A DNA stretch of 55,792 bases from Nemertoderma westbladi (GCA_032718475.1 JAUCBJ010004827.1:1-55792), one strand, 5' to 3'; counted from the first letter of the stretch, positions 11,601-25,270 are shown. Numbers and translations are program-made. Notes: generated by a model from the letters alone, not told the origin.

Positions 11601-14600
11601 TTCTGTCCAATCAGTACGGAGGTGAGTTGTTCTGTTCAATTAGTGCGGAGGTGAGTTGTTCTGTCCAATTAGTGCGGAGGTGAGTTGTTCTGTTCAATCA
11701 GTACGGAGGTGAGTTGTTCTGTCCAATTAGTGCGGAGGTGAGTGGTTCTGTCCAATCAGTACGGAGGTGAGTTGTTCTGTCCAATCAGTACGGAGGTGAG
11801 TTGTTCTGTCCAATCAGTACGGAGGTGAGTTGTTCGGTTCAATTAGTGCGGAGGTGAGTTGTTCTGTCCAATCAGTACGGAGGTGAGTTGTTCTGTTCAA
11901 TTAGTGCGGAGGTGAGTTGTTCTGTCCAATCAGTACGGAGGTGAGTTGTTCTGTCCAATCAGTACGGAGGTGAGTTGTTCTGTCCAATCAGTACGGAGGT
12001 GAGTTGTTCTGTTCAATTAGTGCGGAGGTGAGTTGTTCTGTCCAATCAGTACGGAGGTGAGTTGTTCTGTCCAATCAGTACGGAGGTGAGTTGTTCTGTC
12101 CAATCAGTACGGAGGTGAGTTGTTCTGTTCAATTAGTGCCCAGGTGAGTTGTTCTGTCCAATCAGTACGGAGGTGAGTTGTTCTGTCCAATCAGTACGGA
12201 GGTGAGTTGTTCTGTTCAATCAGTACGGAGGTGAGTTGTTCTGTCCAATCAGTACGGAGGTGAGTTGTTCTGTTCAATTAGTGCGGAGGTGAGTTGTTCT
12301 GTCCAATTAGTGCGGAGGTGAGTTGTTCTGTTCAATTAGTGCGGAGGTGAGTTGTTCTGTCCAATCAGTACGGAGGTGAGTTGTTCTGTTCAATCAGTAC
12401 GGAGGTGAGTTGTTCTGTTCAATCAGTACGGAGGTGAGTTGTTCTGTCCAATCAGTACGGAGGTGAGTTGTTCTGTTCAATTAGTGCGGAGGTGAGTTGT
12501 TCTGTCCAATCAGTACGGAGGTGAGTTGTTCTGTTCAATCAGTACGGAGGTGAGTTGTTCTGTTCAATCAGTACGGAGGTGAGTTGTTCTGTCCAATCAG
12601 TACGGAGGTGAGTTGTTCTGTCCAATCAGTACGGAGGTGAGTTGTTCTGTTCAATTAGTGCGGAGGTGAGTTGTTCTGTCCAATCAGTACGGAGGTGAGT
12701 TGTTCTGTTCAATTAGTGCGGAGGTGAGTTGTTCTGTCCAATCAGTACGGAGGTGAGTTGTTCTGTCCAATCAGTACGGAGGTGAGTTGTTCTGTCCAAT
12801 CAGTACGGAGGTGAGTTGTTCTGTTCAATTAGTGCGGAGGTGAGTTGTTCTGTCCAATTACTGCGGAGGTGAGTTGTTCTGTTCAATTAGTGCGGAGGTG
12901 AGTTGTTCTGTCCAATTAGTGCGGAGGTGAGTTGTTCTGTCCAATTACTGCGGAGGTGAGTTGTTCTGTCCAATTACTGCGGAGGTGAGTTGTTCTGTTC
13001 AATTAGTGCGGAGGTGAGTTGTTCTGTTCAATCAGTACGGAGGTGAGTTGTTCTGTTCAATCAGTACGGAGGTGAGTTGTTCTGTCCAATCAGTACGGAG
13101 GTGAGTTGTTCTGTTCAATTAGTGCGGAGGTGAGTTGTTCTGTCCAATTACTGCGGAGGTGAGTTGTTCTGTTCAATTAGTGCGGAGGTGAGTTGTTCTG
13201 TCCAATTAGTGCGGAGGTGAGTTGTTCTGTCCAATTACTGCGGAGGTGAGTTGTTCTGTCCAATTACTGCGGAGGTGAGTTGTTCTGTTCAATTAGTGCG
13301 GAGGTGAGTTGTTCTGTTCAATTAGTGCGGAGGTGAGTTGTTCTGTCCAATTACTGCGGAGGTGAGTTGTTCTGTCCAATTACTGCGGAGGTGAGTTGTT
13401 CTGTCCAATCAGTACGGAGGTGAGTTGTTCTGTTCAATCAGTACGGAGGTGAGTTGTTCTGTTCAATTAGTGCGGAGGTGAGTTGTTCTGTCCAATTACT
13501 GCGGAGGTGAGTTGTTCTGTTCAATTAGTGCGGAGGTGAGTTGTTCTGTCCAATTAGTGCGGAGGTGAGTTGTTCTGTCCAATTACTGCGGAGGTGAGTT
13601 GTTCTGTCCAATTACTGCGGAGGTGAGTTGTTCTGTTCAATTAGTGCGGAGGTGAGTTGTTCTGTTCAATTAGTGCGGAGGTGAGTTGTTCTGTCCAATT
13701 AGTGCGGAGGTGAGTTGTTCTGTTCAATTAGTGCGGAGGTGAGTTGTTCTGTCCAATCAGTACGGAGGTGAGTTGTTCTGTTCAATCAGTACGGAGGTGA
13801 GTTGTTCTGTTCAATTAGTGCGGAGGTGAGTTGTTCTGTCCAATTACTGCGGAGGTGAGTTGTTCTGTCCAATTACTGCGGAGGTGAGTTGTTCTGTCCA
13901 ATCAGTACGGAGGTGAGTTGTTCTGTTCAATCAGTACGGAGGTGAGTTGTTCTGTCCAATTACTGCGGAGGTGAGTTGTTCTGTCCAATTACTGCGGAGG
14001 TGAGTTGTTCTGTCCAATTAGTGCGGAGGTGAGTTGTTCTGTCCAATCAGTACGGAGGTGAGTTGTTCTGTTCAATCAGTACGGAGGTGAGTTGTTCTGT
14101 TCAATTAGTGCGGAGGTGAGTTGTTCTGTCCAATTACTGCGGAGGTGAGTTGTTCTGTTCAATTAGTGCGGAGGTGAGTTGTTCTGTCCAATTAGTGCGG
14201 AGGTGAGTTGTTCTGTCCAATTACTGCGGAGGTGAGTTGTTCTGTCCAATTACTGCGGAGGTGAGTTGTTCTGTCCAATTACTGCGGAGGTGAGTTGTTC
14301 TGTTCAATTAGTGCGGAGGTGAGTTGTTCTGTTCAATTAGTGCGGAGGTGAGTTGTTCTGTCCAATTAGTGCGGAGGTGAGTTGTTCTGTCCAATTACTG
14401 CGGAGGTGAGTTGTTCTGTCCAATTACTGCGGAGGTGAGTTGTTCTGTCCAATCAGTACGGAGGTGAGTTGTTCTGTTCAATCAGTACGGAGGTGAGTTG
14501 TTCTGTTCAATCAGTACGGAGGTGAGTTGTTCTGTTCAATCAGTACGGAGGTGAGTTGTTCTGTCCAATCAGTACGGAGGTGAGTTGTTCTGTCCAATCA

Positions 14601-17600
14601 GTACGGAGGTGAGTTGTTCTGTTCAATTAGTGCGGAGGTGAGTTGTTCTGTCCAATCAGTACGGAGGTGAGTTGTTCTGTTCAATCAGTACGGAGGTGAG
14701 TTGTTCTGTTCAATCAGTACGGAGGTGAGTTGTTCTGTTCAATCAGTACGGAGGTGAGTTGTTCTGTTCAATCAGTACGGAGGTGAGTTGTTCTGTTCAA
14801 TTAGTGCGGAGGTGAGTTGTTCTGTCCAATCAGTACGGAGGTGAGTTGTTCTGTCCAATTACTGCGGAGGTGAGTTGTTCTGTCCAATCAGTACGGAGGT
14901 GAGTTGTTCTGTTCAATCAGTACGGAGGTGAGTTGTTCTGTTCAATCAGTACGGAGGTGAGTTGTTCTGTTCAATCAGTACGGAGGTGAGTTGTTCTGTC
15001 CAATCAGTACGGAGGTGAGTTGTTCTGTCCAATCAGTACGGAGGTGAGTTGTTCTGTTCAATTAGTGCGGAGGTGAGTTGTTCTGTCCAATCAGTACGGA
15101 GGTGAGTTGTTCTGTTCAATTAGTGCGGAGGTGAGTTGTTCTGTCCAATCAGTACGGAGGTGAGTTGTTCTGTCCAATCAGTATGGAGGTGAGTTGTTCT
15201 GTTCAATCAGTACGGAGGTGAGTTGTTCTGTTCAATTAGTGCGGAGGTGAGTTGTTCTGTCCAATCAGTACGGAGGTGAGTTGTTCTGTCCAATCAGTAC
15301 GGAGGTGAGTTGTTCTGTTCAATCAGTACGGAGGTGAGTTGTTCTGTTCAATTAGTGCGGAGGTGAGTTGTTCTGTCCAATCAGTACGGAGGTGAGTTGT
15401 TCTGTTCAATTAGTGCGGAGGTGAGTTGTTCTGTCCAATCAGTACGGAGGTGAGTTGTTCTGTCCAATCAGTATGGAGGTGAGTTGTTCTGTTCAATCAG
15501 TACGGAGGTGAGTTGTTCTGTTCAATTAGTGCGGAGGTGAGTTGTTCTGTCCAATCAGTACGGAGGTGAGTTGTTCTGTCCAATCAGTACGGAGGTGAGT
15601 TGTTCTGTTCAATCAGTACGGAGGTGAGTTGTTCTGTTCAATTAGTGCGGAGGTGAGTTGTTCTGTCCAATCAGTACGGAGGTGAGTTGTTCTGTTCAAT
15701 TAGTGCGGAGGTGAGTTGTTCTGTCCAATTAGTGCGGAGGTGAGTTGTTCTGTCCAATTACTGCGGAGGTGAGTTGTTCTGTCCAATCAGTACGGAGGTG
15801 AGTTGTTCTGTTCAATTAGTGCGGAGGTGAGTTGTTCTGTCCAATCAGTACGGAGGTGAGTTGTTCTGTTCAATTAGTGCGGAGGTGAGTTGTTCTGTCC
15901 AATCAGTACGGAGGTGAGTTGTTCTGTTCAATTAGTGCGGAGGTGAGTTGTTCTGTCCAATCAGTACGGAGGTGAGTTGTTCTGTCCAATCAGTATGGAG
16001 GTGAGTTGTTCTGTTCAATCAGTACGGAGGTGAGTTGTTCTGTTCAATTAGTGCGGAGGTGAGTTGTTCTGTCCAATCAGTACGGAGGTGAGTTGTTCTG
16101 TCCAATCAGTACGGATGTGAGTTGTTCTGTTCAATCAGTACGGAGGTGAGTTGTTCTGTTCAATTAGTGCGGAGGTGAGTTGTTCTGTCCAATCAGTACG
16201 GAGGTGAGTTGTTCTGTTCAATTAGTGCGGAGGTGAGTTGTTCTGTCCAATCAGTACGGAGGTGAGTTGTTCTGTCCAATCAGTACGGAGGTGAGTTGTT
16301 CTGTTCAATCAGTACGGAGGTGAGTTGTTCTGTTCAATTAGTGCGGAGGTGAGTTGTTCTGTCCAATCAGTACGGAGGTGAGTTGTTCTGTTCAATCAGT
16401 ACGGAGGTGAGTTGTTCTGTTCAATTAGTGCGGAGGTGAGTTGTTCTGTCCAATCAGTACGGAGGTGAGTTGTTCTGTCCAATCAGTACGGAGGTGAGTT
16501 GTTCTGTCCAATCAGTACGGAGGTGAGTTGTTCTGTTCAATTAGTGCGGAGGTGAGTTGTTCTGTCCAATTAGTGCGGAGGTGAGTTGTTCTGTCCAATT
16601 ACTGCGGAGGTGAGTTGTTCTGTCCAATCAGTACGGAGGTGAGTTGTTCTGTTCAATTAGTGCGGAGGTGAGTTGTTCTGTCCAATCAGTACGGAGGTGA
16701 GTTGTTCTGTTCAATCAGTACGGAGGTGAGTTGTTCTGTTCAATTAGTGCGGAGGTGAGTTGTTCTGTCCAATCAGTGCGGAGGTGAGTTGTTCTGTTCA
16801 ATCAGTACGGAGGTGAGTTGTTCTGTTCAATTAGTGCGGAGGTGAGTTGTTCTGTCCAATTACTGCGGAGGTGAGTTGTTCTGTCCAATCAGTACGGAGG
16901 TGAGTTGTTCTGTTCAATTAGTGCGGAGGTGAGTTGTTCTGTCCAATCAGTACGGAGGTGAGTTGTTCTGTTCAATTAGTGCGGAGGTGAGTTGTTCTGT
17001 CCAATCAGTACGGAGGTGAGTTGTTCTGTTCAATCAGTACGGAGGTGAGTTGTTCTGTTCAATTAGTGCGGAGGTGAGTTGTTCTGTCCAATCAGTACGG
17101 AGGTGAGTTGTTCTGTTCAATTAGTGCGGAGGTGAGTTGTTCTGTCCAATCAGTACGGAGGTGAGTTGTTCTGTTCAATCAGTACGGAGGTGAGTTGTTC
17201 TGTTCAATTAGTGCGGAGGTGAGTTGTTCTGTCCAATCAGTACGGAGGTGAGTTGTTCTGTCCAATCAGTACGGAGGTGAGTTGTTCTGTTCAATCAGTA
17301 CGGAGGTGAGTTGTTCTGTTCAATTAGTGCGGAGGTGAGTTGTTCTGTCCAATCAGTACGGAGGTGAGTTGTTCTGTCCAATCAGTACGGAGGTGAGTTG
17401 TTCTGTTCAATTAGTGCGGAGGTGAGTTGTTCTGTCCAATTAGTGCGGAGGTGAGTTGTTCTGTCCAATTACTGCGGAGGTGAGTTGTTCTGTCCAATCA
17501 GTACGGAGGTGAGTTGTTCTGTTCAATTAGTGCGGAGGTGAGTTGTTCTGTCCAATCAGTACGGAGGTGAGTTGTTCTGTTCAATCAGTACGGAGGTGAG

Positions 17601-18935
17601 TTGTTCTGTTCAATTAGTGCGGAGGTGAGTTGTTCTGTCCAATCAGTGCGGAGGTGAGTTGTTCTGTTCAATCAGTACGGAGGTGAGTTGTTCTGTTCAA
17701 TTAGTGCGGAGGTGAGTTGTTCTGTCCAATTACTGCGGAGGTGAGTTGTTCTGTCCAATCAGTACGGAGGTGAGTTGTTCTGTTCAATTAGTGCGGAGGT
17801 GAGTTGTTCTGTCCAATCAGTACGGAGGTGAGTTGTTCTGTTCAATTAGTGCGGAGGTGAGTTGTTCTGTCCAATCAGTACGGAGGTGAGTTGTTCTGTT
17901 CAATCAGTACGGAGGTGAGTTGTTCTGTTCAATTAGTGCGGAGGTGAGTTGTTCTGTCCAATCAGTACGGAGGTGAGTTGTTCTGTTCAATTAGTGCGGA
18001 GGTGAGTTGTTCTGTCCAATCAGTACGGAGGTGAGTTGTTCTGTTCAATCAGTACGGAGGTGAGTTGTTCTGTTCAATTAGTGCGGAGGTGAGTTGTTCT
18101 GTCCAATCAGTACGGAGGTGAGTTGTTCTGTTCAATCAGTACGGAGGTGAGTTGTTCTGTTCAATTAGTGCGGAGGTGAGTTGTTCTGTCCAATCAGTAC
18201 GGAGGTGAGTTGTTCTGTTCAATTAGTGCGGAGGTGAGTTGTTCTGTCCAATCAGTACGGAGGTGAGTTGTTCTGTTCAATCAGTACGGAGGTGAGTTGT
18301 TCTGTTCAATTAGTGCGGAGGTGAGTTGTTCTGTTCAATCAGTACGGAGGTGAGTTGTTCTGTTCAATTAGTGCGGAGGTGAGTTGTTCTGTCCAATCAG
18401 TACGGAGGTGAGTTGTTCTGTCCAATTAGTACGGAGGTGAGTTGTTCTGTCCAATCAGTACGGAGGTGAGTTGTTCTGTTCAATCAGTACGGAGGTGAGT
18501 TGTTCTGTTCAATTAGTGCGGAGGTGAGTTGTTCTGTCCAATCAGTACGGAGGTGAGTTGTTCTGTCCAATCAGTACGGATGTGAGTTGTTCTGTTCAAT
18601 CAGTACGGAGGTGAGTTGTTCTGTCCAATCAGTACGGAGGTGAGTTGTTCTGTCCAATCAGTACGGAGGTGAGTTGTTCTGTCCAATCAGTACGGAGGTG
18701 AGTTGTTCTGTTCAATTAGTGCGGAGGTGAGTTGTTCTGTCCAATCAGTACGGAGGTGAGTTGTTCTGTCCAATCAGTACGGAGGTGAGTTGTTCTGTTC
18801 AATTAGTGCGGAGGTGAGTTGTTCTGTCCAATTAGTGCGGAGGTGAGTTGTTCTGTCCAATTACTGCGGAGGTGAGTTGTTCTGTCCAATCAGTACGGAG
18901 GTGAGTTGTTCGGTCTAATCAGTGCGGTGGTGAAT
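8604..18935 (+). repeat. 29-bp minisatellite, ~355 copies, derived from the exon 4 / intron 4 junction
   Basis: Unit CTGTCCAATCAGTACGGAG|GTGAGTTGTT is the last 19 nt of exon 4 plus the first 10 nt of the intron. The first copy is the real junction. Confidence 0.98.
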
Positions 18936-18984
18936 TGTTTGAAAATTCAACAGTCCTACTGACACTTATAGAGACCCACTGAAA

Positions 18985-19200
18985 GTCAGACAGACCTACA
19001 AACAGACAGACAGACCTACAAACAGATAGACCTACTGACTTTCAGGCAGACATACTGACTTTCAGGAAGACGAACTGAACTGGCTTTCAGGCAGGCCTAC
19101 TGACAATCAGACGGACGTACTGACAAACAGATAGACATACTGTTAGTCACAAAGACATACTGACAGACAGGCAGACCTTCTGACTGACAAACAGACTTAT
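18985..19200. repeat. degenerate (CAGA)n-rich low-complexity tract
   Basis: Repeated cagacagac, cctactgact and aaacaga motifs. Confidence 0.6.
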
Positions 19201-19973
19201 TGACTACGACTACACTATATAATATTAAAGTGTCCGTTGCTAAGGCCTCGCTCGACAAGGGGTGGTGCGCTGTAAAACCGTTCACTGCTTAATTGAATTA
19301 AACTAATAAATGAGATTGTTTCATTGAATTTGGATGGGTATGGGTATGGGTGTGTTGTGTGGGCGATAAGAGTGGGCGTTTGTGTTATTTGATATTAGGT
19401 GTAGATTGGAGCGCGGTGAGTGAAGGAAGGCTACGTAAATCCCCCTAGCCAATTAAACGTGGTTTAGTTAGTTTTAGTGGGAATGGAAACTCATCTTGAA
19501 ACAAAATAGATTACTCCGATGTGAAACACCACAGCTGTTGGATTATAACTTGGGATTATTATCCGAGTAGCATCCAAGTTGTTTGTGTGTATGTGTGTTT
19601 GTGTGTATGGATTTATTCAATTATTATTATAAGTACATTTGTTACTACATGACTAGGTACAATTAATTAATAAGGTGTTGTTTACTTAAGTGTTGTTTAC
19701 ATAAGAGTTATTGTTTTTCATTCAACGTTTCATTTATTGTCGTCATGTTTCATTCACTCTGTCAAGGGTTTGGTTTCATGAGTGCTGCTAGTGAAAACGA
19801 TGAGTGTTAGTATAATAATTGTTGTAAATTAAAAATATATGAACCATTACACTAAAAAAGTACAGCCTTTATTTATTTTTTAATTTAACATAGTTATTGT
19901 TTAATATTGAAAATATTGAAAATATCGAAATGTTGTGATTTTTCATCAATCAATATAAGTTTTGAAATTTTCG

Positions 19974-22900
19974 GTCGATGTATCCTAATGGTGTGGACGA
20001 TGTATCCTAGTTGAGTGGTGTGGGTGGACGATGTAGTGGTGTGGACTATGTATCCTAGTTGTGTGGACGATGTATCCTAGTGGTGTGGGTGGACTATGTA
20101 TCCTAGTGATGTGGGTGGACGATGTATCCTAGTGGTGTGTGTGGACGATGTATCCTAGTGGTGTGGGCGGACGATGTATCCTAGTTGTGTGGGTGGACGA
20201 TGTATCCTAGTGGTGTGGGTGGACGATGTATCCTAGTTGTGTGGACGATGTATCCTAGTGGTGTGGACGATGTATCCTAGTGGTGTGGACGATGTATCCT
20301 AGTGGTGTGGGTGGACGATGTATCCTAGTGGTGTGGACGATGTATCCTAGTTGTGTGGATGATGTATCCTAGTTGTGTGGACGATGTATCCTAGTGGTGT
20401 GGACGATGTATCCTAGTTGTGTGGATGATGTATCCTAGTTGTGTGGACGATGTATCCTAGTGGTGTGGGTGGACGATGTATCCTAGTGGTGTGGGTGGAC
20501 GATGTATCCTAGTGGTGTGGGTGGATGATGTATCCTAGTGGTGTGGGTGGACGATGTATCCTAGTTGTGTGGGCGGACGATGTATCCTAGTGGTGTGGAC
20601 GATGTATCCTAGTTGTGTGGACGATGTATCCTAGTGGTGTGGGTGGACGATGTTTCCTAGTGGTGTGGGTGGACGATGTATCCTAGTGGTGTGGGTGGAT
20701 GATGTATCCTAGTGGTGTGGGTGGACGATGTATCCTAGTTGTGTGGGCGGACGATGTATCCTAGTGGTGTGGACGATGTATCCTAGTTGTGTGGACGATG
20801 TATCCTAGTGGTGTGGGTGGACGATGTATCCTAGTGGTGTGGGTGGACGATGTATCCTAGTGGTGTGGGTGGATGATGTATCCTAGTGATGTGGGTGGAC
20901 GATGTATCCTAGTGGTGTGGACGATGTATCCTAGTTGTGTGGATGATGTATCCTAGTTGTGTGGACGATGTATCCTAGTGGTGTGGACGATGTATCCTAG
21001 TGGTGTGGGTGGACGATGTATCCTAGTGGTGTGGGTGGATGATGTATCCTAGTGGTGTGGGTGGACGATATATCGTAGTGGTGTGGACGATGTATCGTAG
21101 TGGTGTGGACGATATATCCTAGTGGTGTGGGTGGACGATGTATCCTAGTGGTGTGGACGATGTATCCTAGTGGTGTGGGTGGACGATGTATCCTAGTGGT
21201 GTGGGTGGATGATGTATCCTAGTGGTGTGGGTGGACGATATATCGTAGTGGTGTGGGTGGACGATGTATCCTAGTGGTGTGGACGATGTATCCTAGTGGT
21301 GTGGGTGGACGATGTATCCTAGTGGTGTGGGTGGATGATGTATCCTAGTGGTGTGGGTGGACGATGTATCGTAGTGGTGTGGACGATGTATCCTAGTGGT
21401 GTGGGTGGACGATGTATGCTAGTGGGTGGCAATGTGTCATAGTAGTGTGGCTGGACGATGTATCCTAGTTGTGTGGACGATGTAACCTAGTGGTGTGGGT
21501 GGACGATGTATCCTAGTTGTGTGGGTGGACGATGTATTCTAATGGTGTGGACGATGTATCCTAGAAGTGTGGGTGGACGATGTATCCTAGTTGTGTGGAC
21601 GATTTATCCTAGTTGTGTGGGTGGACGATATATCCTAGTTGTGTGGACGATGTATCCTAGTGGTGTGGGTGGACGATATATCCTAGTTGTGTGGACAATA
21701 TATCCTAGTGGTGTGGACGATTTATCCTAGTGGTGTGGGTGGGCGATATATCCTAGTTGTGTGGACGATGTATCCTAGTGGTGTGGACGATGTATCCTAG
21801 TGGTGTGGGTGGACGATATATCCTAGTGGTGCGGGTGGATGATGTATCCTAGTTGTGTGGACGATGTATCCTAGTGGTGTGGGTGGACGATATATCCTAG
21901 TTGTGTGGACAATATATCCTAGTGGTGTGGACGATTTATCCTAGTGGTGTGGGTGGACGATGTATCCTAGTTGTGTGGACGATGTATCCTAGTGGTGTGG
22001 ACGATGTATCCTAGTGGTGTAGGTGGACGATGTATCGTAGTGGTGTGGACGATGTATCCTAGTGGTGTGGGTGGACGATGTATCGTAGTGGTGTGGGTGG
22101 ACGATGTATCCTAGTGGTGTGGACGATGTATCCTAGTGGTGTGGGTGGACGATGTATCGTAGTGGTGTGGGTGGACGATGTATCGTAGTGGTGTGGGTGG
22201 ACGATGTATCCTAGTGGTGTAGGTGGACGATGTATCCTAGTGGTGTGGGTGGACGATGTATCCTAGTGGTGTGGGTGGACGATTTATCCTAGTTGTGTGG
22301 GTGGACGATGTATCCTAGTTGTGTGGATGATGTATCCTAGTGGTGTGGGTGGACGATGTATCCTAGTGGTGTGGGTGGACGATGTATCCTAGTGGTGTGG
22401 ACGATGTATTCTAATGGTGTGGACGATGTATCCTAGTGGTGCGGACGATGTATCATAGTGGTGTGGACGTTGTATCCTAGTGGTGTGGGTGGACGATTTA
22501 TCCTAGTTGTGTGGGTGGACGATGTATCCTAGTTGTGTGGGTGGACGATATATCGTAGTGGTGTGGGTGGACGATGTATCCTAGTGGTGTGGACGATGTA
22601 TCCTAGTGGTGTGGGTGGACGATTTATCCTAGTTGTGTGGGTGGACGATGTATCCTAGTTGTGTGGATGATGTATCCTAGTGGTGTGGGTGGACGATGTA
22701 TCCTAGTGGTGTGGGTGGACGATGTATCCTAGTGGTGTGGACGATGTATTCTAATGGTGTGGACGATGTATCCTAGTGGTGCGGACGATGTATCATAGTG
22801 GTGTGGACGTTGTATCCTAGTGGTGTGGGTGGACGATTTATCCTAGTTGTGTGGGTGGACGATGTATCCTAGTGGTGTGGGTGGACGAGTTATCCTAGTG

Positions 22901-23525
22901 GTGTGGGTGGACGATATATCCTAGTTGTGTGGGTGGACGATGTATCCTAGTGGTGTGGGTGGACGATGTATCCTAGTGGTGTGGACGATATATCCTAGTG
23001 GTGTGGACGATGTATCTTAGTGGTGTGGACGATTTATCCTAGTTGTGTGGGTGGACGATGTATCCTAGTGGTGTGGGTGGACGATGTATCCTAGTGGTGT
23101 GGGTGGACGATGTATCCTAGTGGTGTGAGTGGACGATGTATCCTAGTGGTGTGGGTGGACGATGTATCCTAGTGGTGTGGACGATATATCCTAGTGGTGT
23201 GGACGATGTATCTTAGTGGTGTGGACGATTTATCCTAGTTGTGTGGGTGGACGATGTATCCTAGTGGTGTGGGTGGACGATGTATCCTAGTGGTGTGTGT
23301 GGACGATGTATCCTAGTGGTGTGGGCGGACGATGTATCCTAGTGGTGTGGGTGGACGATGTATCCTAGTGATGTGGGTGGACGATGTATCCTAGTGGTGT
23401 GGGTGGACGATGTATCCTAGTGGTGTGGGTGGACGATGTATCCTAGTGGTGTGGGTGGACGATGTATCGTAGTGGTGTGGACGATGTATCCTAGCGGTGT
23501 GCACGATGTATCCTAGTGGACGATA
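19974..23525. repeat. 23/27-bp GT-rich minisatellite, ~140 copies
   Basis: Unit GACGATGTATCCTAGTGGTGTGG with an optional extra GTGG. Ends ~100 bp upstream of exon 5. Confidence 0.97.
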
Positions 23526-23623
23526 TATGTATGTACTAGTATGTAGTAGGAAATTCTAATGTCTATTTTTTATAATAACTATTTGTTATATATGTATTTT
23601 ATTTTATGTATTTTCATTTTTAG

Positions 23624-23692
23624 CTTTGGGGAGTAAAGCTTACAGCGGCATTTCTGGTGGAAGTTTTTACTCACCTATACATTCACCCGCCG
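23624..23692 (+). CDS. STARD3: STARD3/MLN64-like exon 5 (FYSP, FFAT-like linker)
   Basis: tttttag| (A)LGSKAYSGISGGSFYSPIHSPA g|gtaagt. Corresponds to the GQFYSPPES motif of STARD3. Phase 1/1. Confidence 0.9.
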
Positions 23693-24086
23693 GTAAGTCT
23701 TGTTAGTTATGTTATCTTTATGCTAAAATACATTGCTCTTGTCAATTCAAAGAATCAGAGGGTGAGATTAATTTATTTATAAAATATAACCTGTTTAGAT
23801 TCCCATGTATTACACGTTCGTGGGGCCTTCGCGCAGCACGAGGCCCAGTTATGAGATACAAATTAAAATTGTGCGACTGTATCACAAAATCAGGTTATGA
23901 GAGATTAACCAACACCACCAATTAATCAAAGAAAGGGGGACAGTACGTGTTCACCCCTTTTAATCTGCACCCCCCCCCCCCCCCTCCCTTCCCACCCACC
24001 AATACATAACCGCGACATCTACCACCCACGGAAGGGTAGCACGAACTTATTTCCAAACGCACGTTCAATATGCAAAGCCAGGTGGT

Positions 24087-24545
24087 TTATAGGAATATAA
24101 TCAATGCAGTACTCGTCTTCATTATAAGCCTCTTTGCGTTCGACCTGTTTTGTATTAAAATATATTTATTAAACGCAGGCTGACGCTCTTTATAATAATA
24201 ATACCTAGGGATGCCAGCTTCCAGACTTTCAATCTTTACTGCCGCGCAAACCCCGCAGAGGAAGTTTTGGTTTGAGAGATCAAGCCCATCGGCAATTGGT
24301 GTTTCAATTTCGGTCCAGGAACTCTGACAATGGGAGCATTCAATCTTAGCTGTGGTCCATTCCCGTGGTTTCGGCTTCCTTTTCTTCGTCCCAATGACAG
24401 ATTCTTCTGAAGACGTTCGATTCGCTTTCAGTTTATTGTTGGCGTTTGTGTTTTGAAGTTGTATTCGAGTGGACAGTCGCGCCGGTTTCGAGGTAACCAT
24501 ACCGACCTGTGATAAGCGTTGGTTTTGTTGAGTGTCGGTATTCAT
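24087..24545 (-). mobile_element. probable retroelement ORF1-like fragment with CxxC..CxxC motif
   Basis: 152-aa ORF with CSHC-x25-CGVC followed by a short helical stretch. Intronic, opposite strand. Family not recognised. Confidence 0.3.
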
Positions 24546-24994
24546 CTTCTCTCACCTCTTCAATGTCAGATGTTGCAAATACTGATAACACGAATAACGG
24601 TATATATTTCAATACTTGTCAATAGTAATATATATAATTTAGATAACTATTTTATATCTGTACTGTTGAGCAAACTCTACATAAATTTCAACCTGTGTAT
24701 CGCCGGTAGGGCTGTTGCTGTGCAAGTGCTAGTTGCCACCGGTCAGCCGGTACCGGTAGTAGGGTGGTACCATGGCCTACTACACACAGGCCATGACAAG
24801 GACTTTGCTGTGAAATTAGCGTAGGCTGACTGGTGACTGATGAATTATCAAATATTATATTTTCCATGAATGCAGGGTCCATATTTAAAAGAAGATGACT
24901 AGATTTTCGTAAAGAATTTAATTGAAACAGTATTTAATAATAAATAAATTAATTATCGCTCTCGAGTTCCTGCAGCTTTTATTCGTGGCAGGAA

Positions 24995-25270
24995 TGTTTG
25001 AACGCTAATAAGTCGGTCAATCATGGATGAAATGGAACCAAACTTGGTACACTTGTAGTCTTAAAAAAATTTAGAAATTCTACACACAGACAGACTTCTA
25101 CAGTTCCCCGGTCTGCCGCTAGGGGGCGAATTAACAGAAACGTAAAAATAGCTGTAATTATAGAACCAACGATCAGATTCATCTGAAATTTAGTAGTAGT
25201 TACCTAAGAGCATTGCTTAATTAGAAATTCTACAGAGACTTTTACAGTTCCTGTCTGCCGCTAGTGGGGA
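24995..25270. mobile_element. dispersed repeat fragment with an inverted related copy at ~27265-27470
   Basis: 24997-25056 (aataagtcggtcaatcatggatgaaatggaaccaaacttggtacac) matches the reverse complement of 27301-27360. An internal block ending ctgccgctag(t)gggg is duplicated. The second copy carries a (CGACAGAA)n microsatellite, as Helentron-associated non-autonomous elements often do. Confidence 0.5.

Noticed and set aside
8604-18935. CRISPR-like appearance (29-bp repeats)
   Set aside because: Units are head-to-tail with no unique spacers, there are no cas genes, and the context is a eukaryotic intron.
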